From Lama guanicoe (taxonomy: Eukaryota): a DNA stretch of 64,000 bases. The number at the start of each line of letters is the position of its first letter. Position 1 is the first letter of the stretch. The position numbers and the translations under genes are program-made. Below the pieces are notes generated by a model. The model did not search any database, was not told the DNA's origin, and saw nothing but the letters and a program-made list of their open reading frames with translations. Shown piece after piece: positions 61,678 to 64,000 of the stretch. The DNA is taken from contig MU053881.1 of assembly GCA_013239625.1 (NCBI GenBank), positions 16,112,373 to 16,176,372 on the forward strand, given 5' to 3'.

Positions 61678-64000
61678 GTAAGCTATGAATTTTTAAAATC
61701 AGAAACTCTACCTTGGAAGTAAAGAATTGAATTGGAATGGAACAAGAGAAGTTGCATGTGTTGCGAGAAAAATCAATAATGGTGATGTAAAAAAAAATGA
61801 AGAAAAACTTCAGAAAAGGGGAAAACTCACCCATAATCTCAGCACGCATAATTTTCACATTTCCCATAAATCCTTGTCCGCGTAAAGACATTTTCTTTCT
61901 TAGTTGCAATTAATGGGTATATTGTGGTCTTTCCTGGGATTTTCTCGTAACACATTGCATAAATATACTTCCATGTGTCCAAGTCTCTATATTGTAATTT
62001 GCATCTTATTGTAAAAATCATCCTACTGCATCTTTTTTATATACAAATTTACTAACAACCCCCCCACCCCACCACACACACATCACTTGTACACAATTAG
62101 ATTTTTGTTTTCAGGGTTTTGATAATGTAATCCAAAAGTCGACAGCATCTTTGTGTGTAAAGCTGTATTAGCATTCTGGATACCTGCCTCAGGCTGAGCA
62201 CCCTGAAAGAGGAACTACCAGGTCAGGATCCAGTCCTCTTGCTGGGTCCCGTTTTGTCGTAGAAGACACAGCATGGCACCACCGGCTGTCCATTAGAAAC
62301 CAAATTTCCCACAGCCTTGTTGGCATTGAATATTATTACTTGAAAATTATTTTACATCCCAGACTGCATGTAGGTAATTCTATGACATGGGTTTTTAAAC
62401 TGGAATCCTTGGATTTCAAGGCGGTCGTAAGCCCTTAAATTGTCTGTATTTTCTGGGTTAGCTAGTCCTTAACGTTTACCAGATGCGCAAAGGAGTCCCT
62501 GCAAGGATGGGCTAAATGGACAATCATTTAAAATTATAATATGCCCTATCCTGGTAATCAGACTGAAGTCTGAGGTGGTTCCTCTTCCACCAAATGGGAT
62601 GTCTCATTAGTGGCTAATTGCTGTAGGGCTGCAGTCTTCCTGCCCTCTTGTCAATGTTAGAATTCTTTCTCTAGAGCTCCCTCCCAGAGGTGGTTTTTAC
62701 TGTGTCTGGAGACATTTTTGTTTTTCACAACTTGGGAGGGTGGGGGTGGGGGTTGCTACTGGCTTCTGGTGGATGGAAACCAGAGATGCACCTACAGTGC
62801 ACAGGACGGCCTCTCCCCGTCCAGCTCCAGATGTCAACAGTTGGGAAACCCGGGGTAAACAGGCTAGAGCCGCCCTTGCCGGCTTCCTATGAACAAGTCT
62901 GTTTTCTTGTGACTCAGAAAGCAGGGCTGCCCCAGACAGGAGTTAAGATTATGCTCTATCTGGGGCCACGGCACATGAGGGGGCACTCTTTACAGGACAG
63001 ATGCTGTGGATTTGTGTAAGAAACCAATGAGGGGCCGTATAACTCTGGGAGAGGGGTCAGGGGATCTTAACACTAGACTAGAGATTCTGTAAAGGGTCTT
63101 GGGATCCTCAGCATTTAGAATAGCTCTGGTTAAGCCTATCTCAGTGCCTGGGGTAGGGTGGGGAGGGATTCTACCCCCCGCCCCCAGGGGCCACTGGCAG
63201 GATCTGGAGACATTTCTGATTGCTGTGATTGGGGGTGAGGGTGCCACTGGCATCTGGTGGGTGGAGGCCAGGGATGCTGCTCAGCCCCCTGCAGTGACAG
63301 GACGCCCCCCCTCCCCCACCACTGCAAAGGACGATCCAGTCTGTTTAACATCAGTTGTGCCAAGGTTGAGAAACTGCTTGTGGAACCATGGTGTGGGCAT
63401 CAGACAAGAGAGAAGCTGCTCTTGTGGATGTAGGACCCCCCCCAACCAACCCATTGCCTCCCGCTGACTCCCCAGACCTACCTGCCTTGGGGACCTGAGC
63501 ACTTCTGAGTATACACATTTTGGAGGCCCGTGCCGTGGGGACCCAGTGTTGGCTGCCGCGGGCGGTCCCTGTCTAGTCTGTGCCTCACCCTTATTATCTC
63601 TGCAGCGAAGATGGTGGGTAGAGGCCCATGGTGGGACTTTCAAGAAAGCCTAACTAAAACCTCGCAGGGTTTGTTTTATTCAGATTTTTTTCAGACTTAC
63701 CTGTGCATCTTGGTAACAAATGTCTTGAGCATCTATTAAGTTCCAAGCACGAAGTCATACACGTTCCCTGCTCTCAGCCACCAGCCTTACTGGTGACAGG
63801 CAAAGGGTGGGTCGGACCATAAACTCCCGATTATGTGAATATGATCCCCTCAGAGAGTAGTAAGTGTTCTATTTTATTTTAAAATATGTTGGAGAAAGCG
63901 AGTGCTGAGGAGGGCAAGTAGAGCCACATTTTATACAGCAGGAGGGCCCCCTCTGAGCTGAAACCAGGAGAAATCGACATGCAGGGATCTGGCGGAAGGG

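Noticed and set aside
1..64000. CRISPR arrays, operons or prokaryotic defence systems
   Set aside because: The sequence is clearly mammalian (spliced genes, L1/SINE/LTR repeats), and no regularly spaced repeat-spacer array is present.

Overview
Mammalian genomic DNA from a draft assembly with two N-gaps. It is most likely camelid, judged from the many tRNA-Ala-derived vic-1-type SINEs. Gene order matches the human 19p13.11 block read in reverse. Minus strand: the 5' end of MYO9B, with non-coding exon 1 near 20.8 kb and the large first coding exon at 4694-5601. Plus strand: a complete 11-exon HAUS8 (CDS 21214-35036, 1122 nt, 373 aa by my splicing), head-to-head with MYO9B across a shared CpG island, followed by exons 1-3 of CPAMD8 (56586/56727-61677). 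The rest is interspersed repeats (L1, MLT1, MER20, MER21, MER58, Tigger-family elements, SINEs) and a decayed ERVL-class gag-pro-pol remnant just 3' of HAUS8. I see no convincing wholly new biological system. The best leads are: a 4-aa tandem duplication in the MYO9B RA domain; a long overlapping uORF in MYO9B; two in-frame CPAMD8 starts; inverted SINE pairs bracketing HAUS8 exons; a 5'-inverted (twin-primed) L1; and the ERVL fossil. Comparisons to human, mouse, cattle or repeat consensus sequences are from memory and need alignment. Repeat boundaries are approximate.
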